DNA of 64,000 nucleotides from a virus (Duplodnaviria; Heunggongvirae; Uroviricota; Caudoviricetes): IMG/VR virus record IMGVR_UViG_2609460332_000008; one strand, 5' to 3'. Shown piece by piece: positions 1 to 9,829 of this stretch (position 1 is its first letter; each line of letters starts with the position of its first letter). The notes under the pieces were generated by a model. It saw only the letters and a program-made list of their open reading frames with translations, ran no database searches and was not told where the DNA came from. The position numbers and the translations under genes were made by a program.

Positions 1-639
1 ACGATCTCTGCTGATAGCCAATCCACTTATCCGATAGTATTAAGCCTGAAAGATAGTAACGGTAAGGCATTAACCGGACTGGCTGATGACATTGAAATGT
101 CAGTGGAATTTACAGCAGATAGCAATAGTGCTCGACAGCGTGAAACGGTAACTGCTCCGTCATTAGGCGCGGTAGAGGAAATCTCTGCTGGGGTATATCG
201 CTCTGTTCTGGCTGCTGGTTCGCAGGCTGGTACGGTACGTGTAACTGCAAAAGTTCAGGGAAAAACATTTACTCTCAGTATTAAGCAAACAGCAACAACA
301 GAACCTGATTCTGAGGTCAGTGCTGTTTTAACCGCTGCACCAGCAGAACAGGTAGTTGGTTACAATATCAATCTACAACTGGCAGTGAAGGATTCACAAG
401 GAAATGCAATCACTGGTGATAACACTCTGAGCTTTTATGCTCTTAACCAGGCAGAAGGAGTCGAGTTTGGGACTGTAACGGAAAAAGACGGTGTCTATAG
501 CGCGACAGTAACTTCAAAACGAGCTGGTAAGATTACTATCGGTGTTAAATCTGATAGTCATGATTTCTCAGGTGTTAAGAAAGAAATCACCTTTATTGAG
601 GACCGGCAGCAGGTTACATTCTCTCAGTTTGAAGCCAGC
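1..639 (+). pseudogene. Invasin/intimin-family adhesin with bacterial Ig-like (Big) repeats, upstream fragment (5' end lies outside window); frame interrupted at 639/640 by the Mu-like prophage
   Basis: Frame is open from base 1; Big-domain-like repeats (GVYRSVLAAGSQAGTVRVTAKVQG, GVYSATVTSKRAGKITIGVK); the apparent stop TGA at 640-642 is the terminal TGA of the Mu right end; the frame resumes in phase at 34210. Confidence 0.75.
635..639. repeat. 5-bp target-site duplication CCAGC (copy adjoining Mu right end)
   Basis: ccagc immediately outside the Mu terminus at 640; identical ccagc at 34210..34214 outside the other terminus. Confidence 0.85.
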
Positions 640-754
640 TGAAGCGGCGCACGAAAAACGCGAAAACGTTTCACGATAAATGCGAAAAATTTAATTTTCG
701 CGCTTCAAACGAAACAGCGGCATTAACCGCTGTTTTTTTATTCATTAAGTGGGA
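640..754 (-). other. Mu right end (attR) with transposase-binding repeats
   Basis: Terminal sequence matches remembered Mu R end; lies between mom stop (755) and host DNA. Confidence 0.8.
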
Positions 755-1492
755 TCACTTCGGGTAGGGCTGAATCCTGAATAGCTTAGTGTTTAGGCGC
801 TTTTTTGCGCGCTTGTTCAGGAATCTGATGTAGCGATACTGATTAAATTTGTGTACCACGGCCCGCTCCTTATTAGCCCGCAAATACTCGCCTCGTTGTC
901 CTCCACGCTTAATCGCGTTCATCGTTATCTCGTGATACCACTCGCCGTCCAGCTCGTAGAACGTGCTTTCATGGCTACCAATAAAATCAAAATTCGACGC
1001 CTGATACACAACGCCTGCGCGTCCGCAGCGTTCGTCTGCAAAGGACTGAACCCACTCCACTGACGGATACAATAACCTGATGGTTTTTAGCGCATAGCTG
1101 ATGGCCCGTGATTCAGAGTTGCGGGGCATGTCGTCGTGTAGCCACATGCGGTTCAGTTCCATATAGCCCCGGTTATCCGTTTCCAGCACAACACGACGCC
1201 CTGAGTTGGGGTTAAGGGCATATCCCCACTGAAGAACGCCAACCAGATCACGTCCGCTGAATACGCCAAGATGCAGGTAGGAGTTATTCACAAAACGGCG
1301 GGAATAGTGTTTTGTCTGAATGATTGTGCGGGCCAGCCAGCAGGATATGGTTTCAACGCGCAGCTCCTTTGAACCATAGCCGACAATCCGGCCTTCATAC
1401 TCAATAACGCAGGGTTTTGTCAGAATGCGTGATTTCTTCTCTTTTCCCACAATACAGCTCCGTGGGATGCTCTTTGGCATTCGATATGACAA
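755..1492 (-). CDS. mom: DNA modification protein Mom (adenine modification, anti-restriction)
   Basis: Translation [30 protein letters not shown]... is near-identical to remembered Mu Mom; last gene before Mu right end; true start may be the internal MPKS Met. Confidence 0.85.
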   Translation of the reverse strand: MSYRMPKSIPRSCIVGKEKKSRILTKPCVIEYEGRIVGYGSKELRVETISCWLARTIIQTKHYSRRFVNNSYLHLGVFSGRDLVGVLQWGYALNPNSGRRVVLETDNRGYMELNRMWLHDDMPRNSESRAISYALKTIRLLYPSVEWVQSFADERCGRAGVVYQASNFDFIGSHESTFYELDGEWYHEITMNAIKRGGQRGEYLRANKERAVVHKFNQYRYIRFLNKRAKKRLNTKLFRIQPYPK

Positions 1493-1586
1493 TGTAACGT
1501 TTACAGCGAGGGCATTTAATTTCTATATGCTTAAAACCTCCTTTAAACAGTAATTTATTGCAGTTTTTACAGCGAACAGAGTCCAT
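1401..1586 (-). CDS. com: Com, zinc-finger translational activator of mom
   Basis: [33 protein letters not shown]... with CxxC...CxxC motif, overlapping mom 5' end as in Mu; start placed at internal Met (ATG 1584-1586). Confidence 0.8.
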   Translation of the reverse strand: MDSVRCKNCNKLLFKGGFKHIEIKCPRCKRYIVISNAKEHPTELYCGKREEITHSDKTLRY

Positions 1587-1613
1587 GATTCCCCCTGTGT
1601 AATAACCAGACAT

Positions 1614-1750
1614 GACCGCCCGGAGGGCTGGGGGTATTTAATCACAACTGATGCAAACCGACGATCGATATGATGCTATCGATCGTCATAAACTATACAA
1701 AATGATTATTTATAAGTACGCTCCACATCCACTTTTCATGCTGAATTGCT
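1614..1750 (-). promoter_or_regulatory. mom operon regulatory region with clustered GATC (Dam) sites
   Basis: GATC at 1663-1666 and 1681-1684 within cgatcgatatgatgctatcgatcg upstream of com; position corresponds to the Dam/OxyR/C-regulated Pmom of Mu. Confidence 0.55.
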
Positions 1751-3568
1751 TCAGTACCGGATCATACCAACATCCATTTCAGGTGAATCCACTAACCAGA
1801 AATTTTCTGGTTTTAGCGTCAGGATTATCCAGGCTGTGTTTGTTGTTGATGGCCACGGAGGTAGCACATCATAGGTTGGATCATCACATGAATCTCTGTA
1901 ACCAAACTTATTAAAAAGCGGGGCCATTGCAGCAATGAGATTCACTGCATTCAGCTCGTTACCCAGTTTGCGCTCAAACAGTGCCACGCCCGCCGTTCCT
2001 TCCACCCACACGCCGCGACTGTGACCACTGTAACCGTAGTCAGGGTGATACGGTGTATAGCCTGTTGTTTCCCGCGTGCCAAATAAAAAACGCCCCATGT
2101 ACTTACGACATCTTGCCGCTTTCCCGGTATCTATATTGGCTATAAACAATCCACCCCAGGAAGACTGATCCAGTGCTGCCGCATTGTCATAGTGTGCCGG
2201 ATGCACACCCTGACGGAATCGTCCCTCTTCTTCCACCCACATCCCCCTGATGATGCTTTGCGCCAGTTTTTCTGCACGTTTGGTGAAACCATCAAATCCG
2301 AGTCGCCCCATCAGTTCAAACAAAAACCAGATATCAACGTTATGTTCCAGCGCGCACCATTCAGCAACAAAACTGGCGTCAAATTCGCCATTTACATAAC
2401 GACCAAGACCACCTTTATATAAACCTTCTCTCAGGTCACCTTCTGTTGTCACAAGGAAAGAATCAAGCCAGACAATGCCGGATAACAACTTTTCCCGAAC
2501 AATATTTACCTGCGCTCCGTCCGGATATTTCTCCAGATAAAAGGCCAAAGCATAATAAACCCATGCCGCATTCCCCAGGCGGTAATAGGTACGCGGTGAC
2601 ATGGCCGACAGCCTGTTAACAAAAAACTTTACTCCACCGTTTTCATCAACAAGCGCACACAAGCCCGCAACGTATCTTTCTACAGCCTCATGTCGCTGAA
2701 CCATCAACGCCAGTGCTGCCAGCGCCTGGTCATACGTGTAACACCGATCTTTCATCACCCTGATCACTTCGGGGTCTGCGTCCTCCGGCATCCAGTAGCT
2801 ACGAATGAGCAGTGGAAACTCCAGCGTTGTGATCCACGCATTATCCTCAATCCGAATAAGACGAAACTGTTTTGCTCCCGTCCAGCAACGTCTGAAATAG
2901 AAAGTTCCGTCACTATTCAAATTAGCGTCGCCGTTAAAATACTCTCCGGTTGTATAAGCATACATTTCGACTTTATACTTTTCTGGTTCAGAAATATCGC
3001 AATATCCGTTAACTGCACCGACATAATTAAAATCGATATTTTCTTTTATTTTTAAAGATATTGATGTATCAACAACCTCGGGTTGTTCCAGTTTCAGCAT
3101 GGCTGTCGTACAACGGCTGAGTATGTCAGTAAAATTTTCGTAACGCAGACCGGATATATTCCCGGCTATGTTTTGAATAGCTTCCAGAATCTTTACTGCT
3201 TGTTGGGATGATGATGCCGCCGTATCTGCATTTTCCTGCACCTTGTCTGCCAGTTCTTCGAATCTGCGCAAAGATTCTGGTCGTAAGTCAATTTCAGTTG
3301 CTCCCAGAAAATCATTAAGTGAACCATCGCGCGAATCCATATAGACCCGAATGACCCCGATTTCTGCAAGGCGCTGTGAACTGTGTGTCAGACGAACACT
3401 ATATACTCCGGGCAGCACGGGGAAATCATATTCACCGCTCAGAGTGGTTACGTGACTGTAAACACCTCTCAGGATCCCGGGTTGATTGTGTAGTGAGGTC
3501 AGGGTTATTGTTGCTCCGCTCAGCGGTTCTCCCACAGGGGATGTAATTATACCTTTAAGCTGCGGCAT
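1751..3568 (-). CDS. Tail fibre / tailspike-like protein (605 aa): conserved phage tail-fibre N-terminal anchor domain plus a large C-terminal domain of unknown, possibly glycoside-hydrolase-like, function
   Basis: N-terminus MPQLKGIITSPVGEPLSGATITLTSL...GSLNDFLGATE resembles the side-tail-fibre N-terminus also seen in the lambdoid stf-like gene at 61825; C-terminal 400 aa rich in aromatic residues (NAAWVYYALAFYL, DIWFLFELM, SSWGGLF); occupies the place of the Mu G segment and gin. Confidence 0.55.
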   Translation of the reverse strand: MPQLKGIITSPVGEPLSGATITLTSLHNQPGILRGVYSHVTTLSGEYDFPVLPGVYSVRLTHSSQRLAEIGVIRVYMDSRDGSLNDFLGATEIDLRPESLRRFEELADKVQENADTAASSSQQAVKILEAIQNIAGNISGLRYENFTDILSRCTTAMLKLEQPEVVDTSISLKIKENIDFNYVGAVNGYCDISEPEKYKVEMYAYTTGEYFNGDANLNSDGTFYFRRCWTGAKQFRLIRIEDNAWITTLEFPLLIRSYWMPEDADPEVIRVMKDRCYTYDQALAALALMVQRHEAVERYVAGLCALVDENGGVKFFVNRLSAMSPRTYYRLGNAAWVYYALAFYLEKYPDGAQVNIVREKLLSGIVWLDSFLVTTEGDLREGLYKGGLGRYVNGEFDASFVAEWCALEHNVDIWFLFELMGRLGFDGFTKRAEKLAQSIIRGMWVEEEGRFRQGVHPAHYDNAAALDQSSWGGLFIANIDTGKAARCRKYMGRFLFGTRETTGYTPYHPDYGYSGHSRGVWVEGTAGVALFERKLGNELNAVNLIAAMAPLFNKFGYRDSCDDPTYDVLPPWPSTTNTAWIILTLKPENFWLVDSPEMDVGMIRY

Positions 3569-4103
3569 CAGGATGCTCCGGCCAGTTGATGGCGTTATAT
3601 GTGGCTTTATCTGTGATGGCGCTGAAATCCATTGCCCGCAGCGATTTCGCGTAAATGCGGTACGATTTCAGCTTCTCCCTCTCTTCGTCGCTGATTAATC
3701 CAAGCAGCAGGTCTTTTTCCCATTCACTGGTCACGATGCTGACCTGTTTTAACAGTGCATCACGCTCATCTTCCGCTTTAAGTTTGTAGTCAAAAACAAA
3801 TTCATCATTGCGGTAGAACCAGTAACCCGACGCATCAATGCGACGATTGGCGGTAATATCCGGTAGCTCAATCACGCTTTTATTTTCCGGGCAGATTGAG
3901 GTGATGTCTTTTCCAACCCAGACCACTTCGCCAGTTTCAACATAAATAACTTTCAGAGTGTCTGGCTGAAATTTTTCCTGGGCTTCGTGCCATTCCTGAC
4001 CATCATCGGAGAACAGCCACAATAAAAATTTATGCTGTCGCGCCAGCTGGTATTGCTCAATTGTTTTAGGGTTTTGTGCCGTAAGATTTTTTAAGTGCAT
4101 CAT
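3555..4103 (-). CDS. Tail fibre assembly protein (Mu U-like chaperone)
   Basis: 182-aa ORF immediately downstream of a tail fibre gene; size and position match Tfa/U-type chaperones. Confidence 0.55.
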   Translation of the reverse strand: MMHLKNLTAQNPKTIEQYQLARQHKFLLWLFSDDGQEWHEAQEKFQPDTLKVIYVETGEVVWVGKDITSICPENKSVIELPDITANRRIDASGYWFYRNDEFVFDYKLKAEDERDALLKQVSIVTSEWEKDLLLGLISDEEREKLKSYRIYAKSLRAMDFSAITDKATYNAINWPEHPDAAA

Positions 4104-4105
4104 GA

Positions 4106-4867
4106 TTACAAACTCGCTACATTTCGCCAGACGCCATTAATCAGAACCTGCACCGGGCGTGCATTGGCCCAGTCCACACTTTCACCGCCATCAACACCAC
4201 TCAGTAAATGACCTGATGGCGCATCTCCCCCACGTCCAATACCAATGGCGCTGCCCAGACGTATATCCTGCACACCTGTAGCTGTGATGGTGATATCGCT
4301 GGTGCCATCAAACAGCACATTATTAATCCTGCGGGCCGTCTGAAGCCGGGTTGCCGTTCCGGCGTTGCCGCTGATGTTGCTGATGGTGATATCCGAAGAC
4401 AGGGCCATGCCGTTGACCTTGCGGGTATTCGGTACAGCACTGTTGGCTTTATTTACCGTGTCACGTAATGAAAGTACTTCGATAATTTCACCGGCTGTGT
4501 TTTTCCCGAGAATACCGCGCACAAAAGCACTGAGCGGTGTTAATGCCATTGTGTCTTCGCCGGTAAAATACGGGAACGTATTATTCTCACCGGTTAATCC
4601 GGCAATGGCACCGGCTGAACCACTGTTCGTAATAAACAGTTTTTTCAGTGCCGTCATAATCTGGTCGGTGGTGTTTTTATCCGGTTTGATATTTGCCTGC
4701 CGGAGAATTTCCAGCAGTTCAGACTGAATAATATTAAACCAGTCCGGCCCCGGATAAGTGGGCGGAATACCGTTCCCGCCTTCGGTGAAATAAAGCGTTG
4801 TTTTGCTTAATTCAGCCGCGACAGGTGGCATTACCGGTACACCCGTCGGATTATCCACATGAAACAT
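4106..4867 (-). CDS. Tail fibre protein (Mu S-like, 253 aa)
   Basis: Follows the baseplate genes; Gly/Thr/Ser/Asn-rich fibre-like sequence (ISNISGNAGTATRLQTARRINNVLFDGTSDITITATG). Confidence 0.55.
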   Translation of the reverse strand: MFHVDNPTGVPVMPPVAAELSKTTLYFTEGGNGIPPTYPGPDWFNIIQSELLEILRQANIKPDKNTTDQIMTALKKLFITNSGSAGAIAGLTGENNTFPYFTGEDTMALTPLSAFVRGILGKNTAGEIIEVLSLRDTVNKANSAVPNTRKVNGMALSSDITISNISGNAGTATRLQTARRINNVLFDGTSDITITATGVQDIRLGSAIGIGRGGDAPSGHLLSGVDGGESVDWANARPVQVLINGVWRNVASL

Positions 4868-4870
4868 AAA

Positions 4871-5455
4871 TTATTCTCCGGTGTAATAATATTCATATTC
4901 CGTGCCCGCCAGCCGGTAATGCTTCAGCAGGCATTCCAGCTCGCGGGTGCGTTCGCTGATTAATGGCGTCATAACGTCATCAATACAGGTAAACCGTCCG
5001 GCATCTTTGTCCGGGACTTCAACTTTCAGCAGCCAGCGATACCGGGCCGGATGCAGCGGATACATACAGTCGCGCAGACAGTGGTGCGGCAGAACAGCCG
5101 TCACCTTTATGGTGAAGCCCAGCGCCGCCGCAGCGGCTTCAATCTGCCAGGTTGCCAGCCCGCCTTTGCGGCGGTATTTCTCCACCACGGCCCGGCGGCG
5201 GGCTTCCGTTGTGGTGGCGGCAATTCCGCATTCCGGCAGCGCCAGATATTGCTCCCACTCCGGCAGCAGCTGGAGCGTGGTTTCCGGGCGCATCTCCACA
5301 TGCAGGCGCGAGGCGTCGTATTCAACGCGGGTTAAACGCTCTGCAAGCGCCCTTAAAAAACGGTTTAAATCCGCGTCGTTATCACGCGGCCATGCCTTAC
5401 CCCGAGGCATGACCTGTTGCAGTGCGGTCAGCCATTCCGTGACGCTGTGAGCCAT
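4871..5455 (-). CDS. Baseplate / tail protein (Mu gp48-like)
   Basis: 194-aa ORF in the conserved baseplate block downstream of the baseplate J-like gene. Confidence 0.55.
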   Translation of the reverse strand: MAHSVTEWLTALQQVMPRGKAWPRDNDADLNRFLRALAERLTRVEYDASRLHVEMRPETTLQLLPEWEQYLALPECGIAATTTEARRRAVVEKYRRKGGLATWQIEAAAAALGFTIKVTAVLPHHCLRDCMYPLHPARYRWLLKVEVPDKDAGRFTCIDDVMTPLISERTRELECLLKHYRLAGTEYEYYYTGE

Positions 5456-6516
5456 GTAACCTCCCCGATGGTGATAAGTTCATCCACGTCACAGGTGGTG
5501 TCCTCCCCGATGTTGAGGAAGTAGTCTGTGATGCCGGACGTCATACCGATGGCCGTGCGCAGCGAGGACACCGGCAGCATCTGACCGGGGGTCAGCGTTT
5601 TCTGTAATGCGGTCAGGTTTGCCCGGACGGCGTTCCTGTTCACCTGGCTGTCCGGTGTCAGACGGATGGATAAATGAACTTTAATCAGTCTGACCTGTAC
5701 CGGCCAGACCTCGATGCCGCCCGGTTTGCCCACCATCACGCCGGTGGCCGGGTGTTTGTGGCAGAACAGATACTGCTCCATTGTCTTCAGGTCTTCGCGG
5801 GTCGGCACGATGTCTTCCCGGTCATCATAAAGCCATGCCAGCCCGACTGTGCCGGGGCCGTGCCACGCATCCCACGCCCACGCGCGGCTGACGCCCGGCA
5901 CTTCACGCGCCCAGATGACGTAATCATGCAGTGCACCGCCCACCGGGGGATTGCGGCGCACATACAGCAGACGGTCCAGCAGCTCTGCGATGGATTCAAT
6001 ATCTGCGCCGCCGGTAATACCGCTATTCACCACTGCACCGGTGCTGCCTGTTCCGGGCAACGGGGACAACAGGGTGAGCACGGCACCGGCAGCAAGATTG
6101 CCCGCCACACCGGCTTCTTCAGCCTGCACAATGACGGTGACCTCGCCGTCATGTACCTCGCCGGATGTGAGCACCTGATACACCTGATTCGTGTCGGACT
6201 GCATCCGGGTTTCTGCCGGAATGGGGGACTGACTGGTGAAGGTCACCGGCCCGCTGGCAAAGGTTGCCTGCTTGCGGATAACCCCTTCATACGTTGCTGT
6301 TTTGATAATGGTTTCATCATCAGATGCGGTGGACGGGATTATCTGGTCCTTAATCCAGCTCTGATGGTCGTATAAATCCCGGACCTGACTGCTGAATGAC
6401 ACGTTCAGCGCCTGCTCAACACTGACAGGCGGCAGCTTTTGCAGACCGAGTTCATACGCAATATCTTTTTTGCCGTCGGCAATCAGTTTGCCCAGCGTGG
6501 GGATTTCATATGGCAT
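5428..6516 (-). CDS. Baseplate J-like protein (Mu gp47-like)
   Basis: 362-aa ORF in conserved position; sequence typical of the baseplate J family. Confidence 0.65.
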   Translation of the reverse strand: MPYEIPTLGKLIADGKKDIAYELGLQKLPPVSVEQALNVSFSSQVRDLYDHQSWIKDQIIPSTASDDETIIKTATYEGVIRKQATFASGPVTFTSQSPIPAETRMQSDTNQVYQVLTSGEVHDGEVTVIVQAEEAGVAGNLAAGAVLTLLSPLPGTGSTGAVVNSGITGGADIESIAELLDRLLYVRRNPPVGGALHDYVIWAREVPGVSRAWAWDAWHGPGTVGLAWLYDDREDIVPTREDLKTMEQYLFCHKHPATGVMVGKPGGIEVWPVQVRLIKVHLSIRLTPDSQVNRNAVRANLTALQKTLTPGQMLPVSSLRTAIGMTSGITDYFLNIGEDTTCDVDELITIGEVTWLTASRNG

Positions 6517-6958
6517 TAATGGTGGCCTCCCATCGGCGGGTGATTTCGATTGTGAGCGTGGTTTTGTCCGGGCGGGTTAACACCACCTGAAAGGCAATAC
6601 GGTCAGGGACAATGATTCTGGCCGTGACGGCGGCATTACGGGCGTAACCGGCCCGCAGCAGCGGTTGCATGGACAGCCGCGCGTAATCTTCCACGCGCAG
6701 GCGGACATCTTCCGTCAGCTTTTCACGCTCAAGCAGCCACAGGCGGGAACCCCACGAAAAATCGCTGTACGTGTCGCCCGGCCAGCCGCGCGGGTCGCCG
6801 GAGCCGTCAGGAATGACATCATCGTCATCAGCACGGGCATCGGTGAAAAGGCAGATAAGAACCTGAGTGACCAGCCCCTCATCCAGCGAGAGGCCGTTAT
6901 GGGTGACGGTGATGTCACCCCGTGAGAGCATGTTATTCCAGTGGATTCCTGTCGTCAT
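6506..6958 (-). CDS. Baseplate wedge protein (gp25/GPW-like, Mu gp46-like)
   Basis: 150-aa ORF, position and size match the GPW/gp25 family. Confidence 0.6.
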   Translation of the reverse strand: MTTGIHWNNMLSRGDITVTHNGLSLDEGLVTQVLICLFTDARADDDDVIPDGSGDPRGWPGDTYSDFSWGSRLWLLEREKLTEDVRLRVEDYARLSMQPLLRAGYARNAAVTARIIVPDRIAFQVVLTRPDKTTLTIEITRRWEATINAI

Positions 6959-7491
6959 ACGGGCGGTGATGTATTCTCATTGTCGCCGTCCTTATGAATG
7001 TGTTCGATGAATGATTTACCGTTGATTCTGACATCTTCAGTAAATTCACAGGGACCGACGAATTTCATTTGTTTACCGATAATATTCAGCAATTCGTCGG
7101 CGGTGAGATTTACCGTTTTCCCTGAAACGTTTAATTGTTCTCCTGTGATTTCAATGACGCCGTTTTCCTTCAGGGTGATGTGTGATTTGCCGTCCCGGTG
7201 ATAAAGCCGGACATCGCCGGGGGACAGTCCTTTCGGGCGACATCGCTTGTCCTCCACCGCAATGGCAACCAGCCCGTCACGCCGCCCGCCAACGGCCAGT
7301 ACAATGGCTTCAGAACCTTCCGGCGGAACGGAAGTAAACCCGTAGTTCTGGAAGCGTTCCACGTCGTCATCGGTGGCATCTGCCAGCGTCTGAATCTGAA
7401 GGTTCTGCCGCTCCAGACTGTCAGACACCATGCGGACAATGGCACGGTCAACCATCAGCCGCAGACGGCGAGCAATGGCGTTTAATCCCAT
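6955..7491 (-). CDS. Baseplate spike / assembly protein V-like (Mu gp45-like)
   Basis: 178-aa ORF between hub and wedge genes. Confidence 0.6.
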   Translation of the reverse strand: MGLNAIARRLRLMVDRAIVRMVSDSLERQNLQIQTLADATDDDVERFQNYGFTSVPPEGSEAIVLAVGGRRDGLVAIAVEDKRCRPKGLSPGDVRLYHRDGKSHITLKENGVIEITGEQLNVSGKTVNLTADELLNIIGKQMKFVGPCEFTEDVRINGKSFIEHIHKDGDNENTSPPV

Positions 7492-8555
7492 GTTGCCACC
7501 GCCTTTGCTGATTTCTTCGTCTTCGCTTTCATTTCCGGCATATCCAGTGATTCAGGCGGAACCAGCGCCAGAACCGTCATCCTCCCCTGTGCGCCATCCG
7601 TCCAGGTCACCCCGGATATCAGCCAGGTGGTTTTCAGGTTCTGAATGCTGTCGTCGATATCGACAAGGCGGTTGGTCTGCCACAGCGGGCCGCTGTCGCC
7701 CTGTTCGCGCCAGCCTGCCACCGTGATTTCCGTCGTGCGGGATTCCCCCAGCATCCGGGCTTTGTACCATTCTCCGCGAATGCTGGCACCGCCCACGGTC
7801 AGACTGTCTTCATTGACCAGAATGCGCGGGCGGTAACGGTTAATTTCCAGGTCTTCGGTGATGTACTGGCGACCGCCCACCATCGAGGCAGGCTGGCTGT
7901 CCCACAGTTTGCCACCGGCACTGGTGGTGCCCTTGATGATGTACTGGCTGTTACGCTCCCGCCAGCTGAAGCGCCCACGGGCGGCGAGGATATTTTTTCC
8001 CAGCACCAGTGACACACCCGCGCGAACGGAAGAGGCGCGGGTGATAATCAGGTTACCTGCGCCGTCAGACGTCAGCAGAACGCCGCGCTGTTTTGCCAGC
8101 CGGTCGAGCAGTTCAAAACCCGTTTCACCCTGTTCCAGAACGACAGACGCAAACGCCTCCCCGGTCGGGGTTTCCGTAATGACGGTTATCCCGAACGGGC
8201 AGCAGACATCAGCCGCCACCTGTTCAATCCGCACGCCTTTCCATTTCCCGGACGAATGCACCACAGAGCAGTCAACCAGGTCACCGGTTTTGTCGCGTCC
8301 CATGACGCGAATCTCCACGTTATCTGCGTCATAGCTGGGGATAAAATCATCGATATACCCCGTCAGCACGGTATCCGCGCCCAGCCTGACCGTGCAGGGT
8401 TGCCCCTCACGAATCACGCGCGGTGCCGCCGCCGACCAGCGGGTTGTCACACTGAGATCAAACTCACCGGCAATCGCCTTCAGGGAACGGCTGATGGACA
8501 TTTCCGTCCAGCCTTCCCACAGTTTGCCGTCAACGGTAAGAATCACGGATTCCAT
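7482..8555 (-). CDS. Baseplate hub protein (Mu P / gpD-like)
   Basis: 357-aa ORF following the DNA circularization protein gene, as in Mu. Confidence 0.6.
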   Translation of the reverse strand: MESVILTVDGKLWEGWTEMSISRSLKAIAGEFDLSVTTRWSAAAPRVIREGQPCTVRLGADTVLTGYIDDFIPSYDADNVEIRVMGRDKTGDLVDCSVVHSSGKWKGVRIEQVAADVCCPFGITVITETPTGEAFASVVLEQGETGFELLDRLAKQRGVLLTSDGAGNLIITRASSVRAGVSLVLGKNILAARGRFSWRERNSQYIIKGTTSAGGKLWDSQPASMVGGRQYITEDLEINRYRPRILVNEDSLTVGGASIRGEWYKARMLGESRTTEITVAGWREQGDSGPLWQTNRLVDIDDSIQNLKTTWLISGVTWTDGAQGRMTVLALVPPESLDMPEMKAKTKKSAKAVATWD

Positions 8556-9829
8556 CAGTCGGTAATCTCCACAGGTTGCGTTGGCAGGATGAATGACGGA
8601 TGGCGCAGGCGGTTACGCTGCACGATTTCATCCCGTCGGCTGGTGTCACCATGCTCGCGCCATGCCAGCAATGCGGCAGATGTGGTTGTGGTCAGCGTCA
8701 CCTGCCGGGTTTCCGGCAGACGGGCGGCACGCTTGCGGGCATCCGTAATCACGGCCTGCCGTAAATCGCGCAGCGTTCGCCACAATGCCCGCTGGTTATT
8801 TTCCACCGCCGCCACCGCCTGCTCATGCAGTTCAGCCGCCAGCGTGTCACCGGCAGATAACGCCGCATCACTGGTATCGAACGTCATCGAGGCCACGGCA
8901 TTTGCCTGTCCCAGCAGGGTTTCCAGCACAACCACCTGGCGGAAGTCGTCAATGTTCTTCTGCAGGCTGTCAGATACCGGCTGATAATCCGGTGACAGCC
9001 CGATAGCAAAGCCAATTTCGCCGTCTGCCACGCTGCCGGGCTTCACGGTGATATCTTCCGGCAGTGCGCCGGTGGCAACCTGTCGGGCGCGTTCTCCGGC
9101 CCACTGGTTGCGTAATGTCGTGTAAACTGCCAGTGCTTCGGGTGGTTCCGTCACCAGATCAACCACGCCGTCGATGAACGAGGACAACTCACTGACCAGA
9201 CGCCCCGGCGTGGCAATGATGGTTCCGGCCATCTCCTTAAAATGGTTCAGCCTGTCCATCCACTGATTCAGTGCCGTCGGTAACGTGGGCAGGTTGGCCA
9301 CAAGGTTTTCCATATCGGCCAGAAAGCTGTCGGCCATCTCACCCAGCCCGTCAGGTGCACCGAACCAGTTGCCATCGTCAATGGCCGCTTTTACCGCATC
9401 AATGCCCGTCAGCACTTCCTGCTGCGTGTTATCCGCCGCAGACGGGAACAGACGCTCGCCTGCCTCAAACACTTCAAATGTGACATACGCAATGCCATCT
9501 TCCTCCGTGCTGAGGCGATGGGTGACCTTGCCAACCTGTACGGTCTGTATCCCGAACCACGGGTGGATAAGCTCACCGGGACCGGGGGTATTAAGCGCGT
9601 CTAAAAGGGCGTTTAAATCATCCTGGAAGTTTTTACCTGGCAGCTTTGCGTTAATCTGCTGTTGCCCCGGAACGGCCCCGTTATCATCCGTCCAGGCAGT
9701 TTCGCGCCGGGGATACGCACGGGGAATGGCACGACGGCCACCGGTGCCTTCCGTATCCACCAGAAAGAAAGGGACGCCACGAAACGAGGCGTCGCGCAGC
9801 CCGTCCCATTTGCCTTTGCTCGTTGTCAT
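8555..9829 (-). CDS. DNA circularization protein N-like tail protein
   Basis: 424-aa ORF immediately downstream of the tape measure gene, as in Mu. Confidence 0.6.
   Translation of the reverse strand: MTTSKGKWDGLRDASFRGVPFFLVDTEGTGGRRAIPRAYPRRETAWTDDNGAVPGQQQINAKLPGKNFQDDLNALLDALNTPGPGELIHPWFGIQTVQVGKVTHRLSTEEDGIAYVTFEVFEAGERLFPSAADNTQQEVLTGIDAVKAAIDDGNWFGAPDGLGEMADSFLADMENLVANLPTLPTALNQWMDRLNHFKEMAGTIIATPGRLVSELSSFIDGVVDLVTEPPEALAVYTTLRNQWAGERARQVATGALPEDITVKPGSVADGEIGFAIGLSPDYQPVSDSLQKNIDDFRQVVVLETLLGQANAVASMTFDTSDAALSAGDTLAAELHEQAVAAVENNQRALWRTLRDLRQAVITDARKRAARLPETRQVTLTTTTSAALLAWREHGDTSRRDEIVQRNRLRHPSFILPTQPVEITD

Noticed and set aside
97-642. Adhesin ORF taken as an intact gene ending at a native stop codon
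   Set aside because: The stop TGA at 640-642 is the first three bases of the Mu end; the gene is interrupted, not terminated
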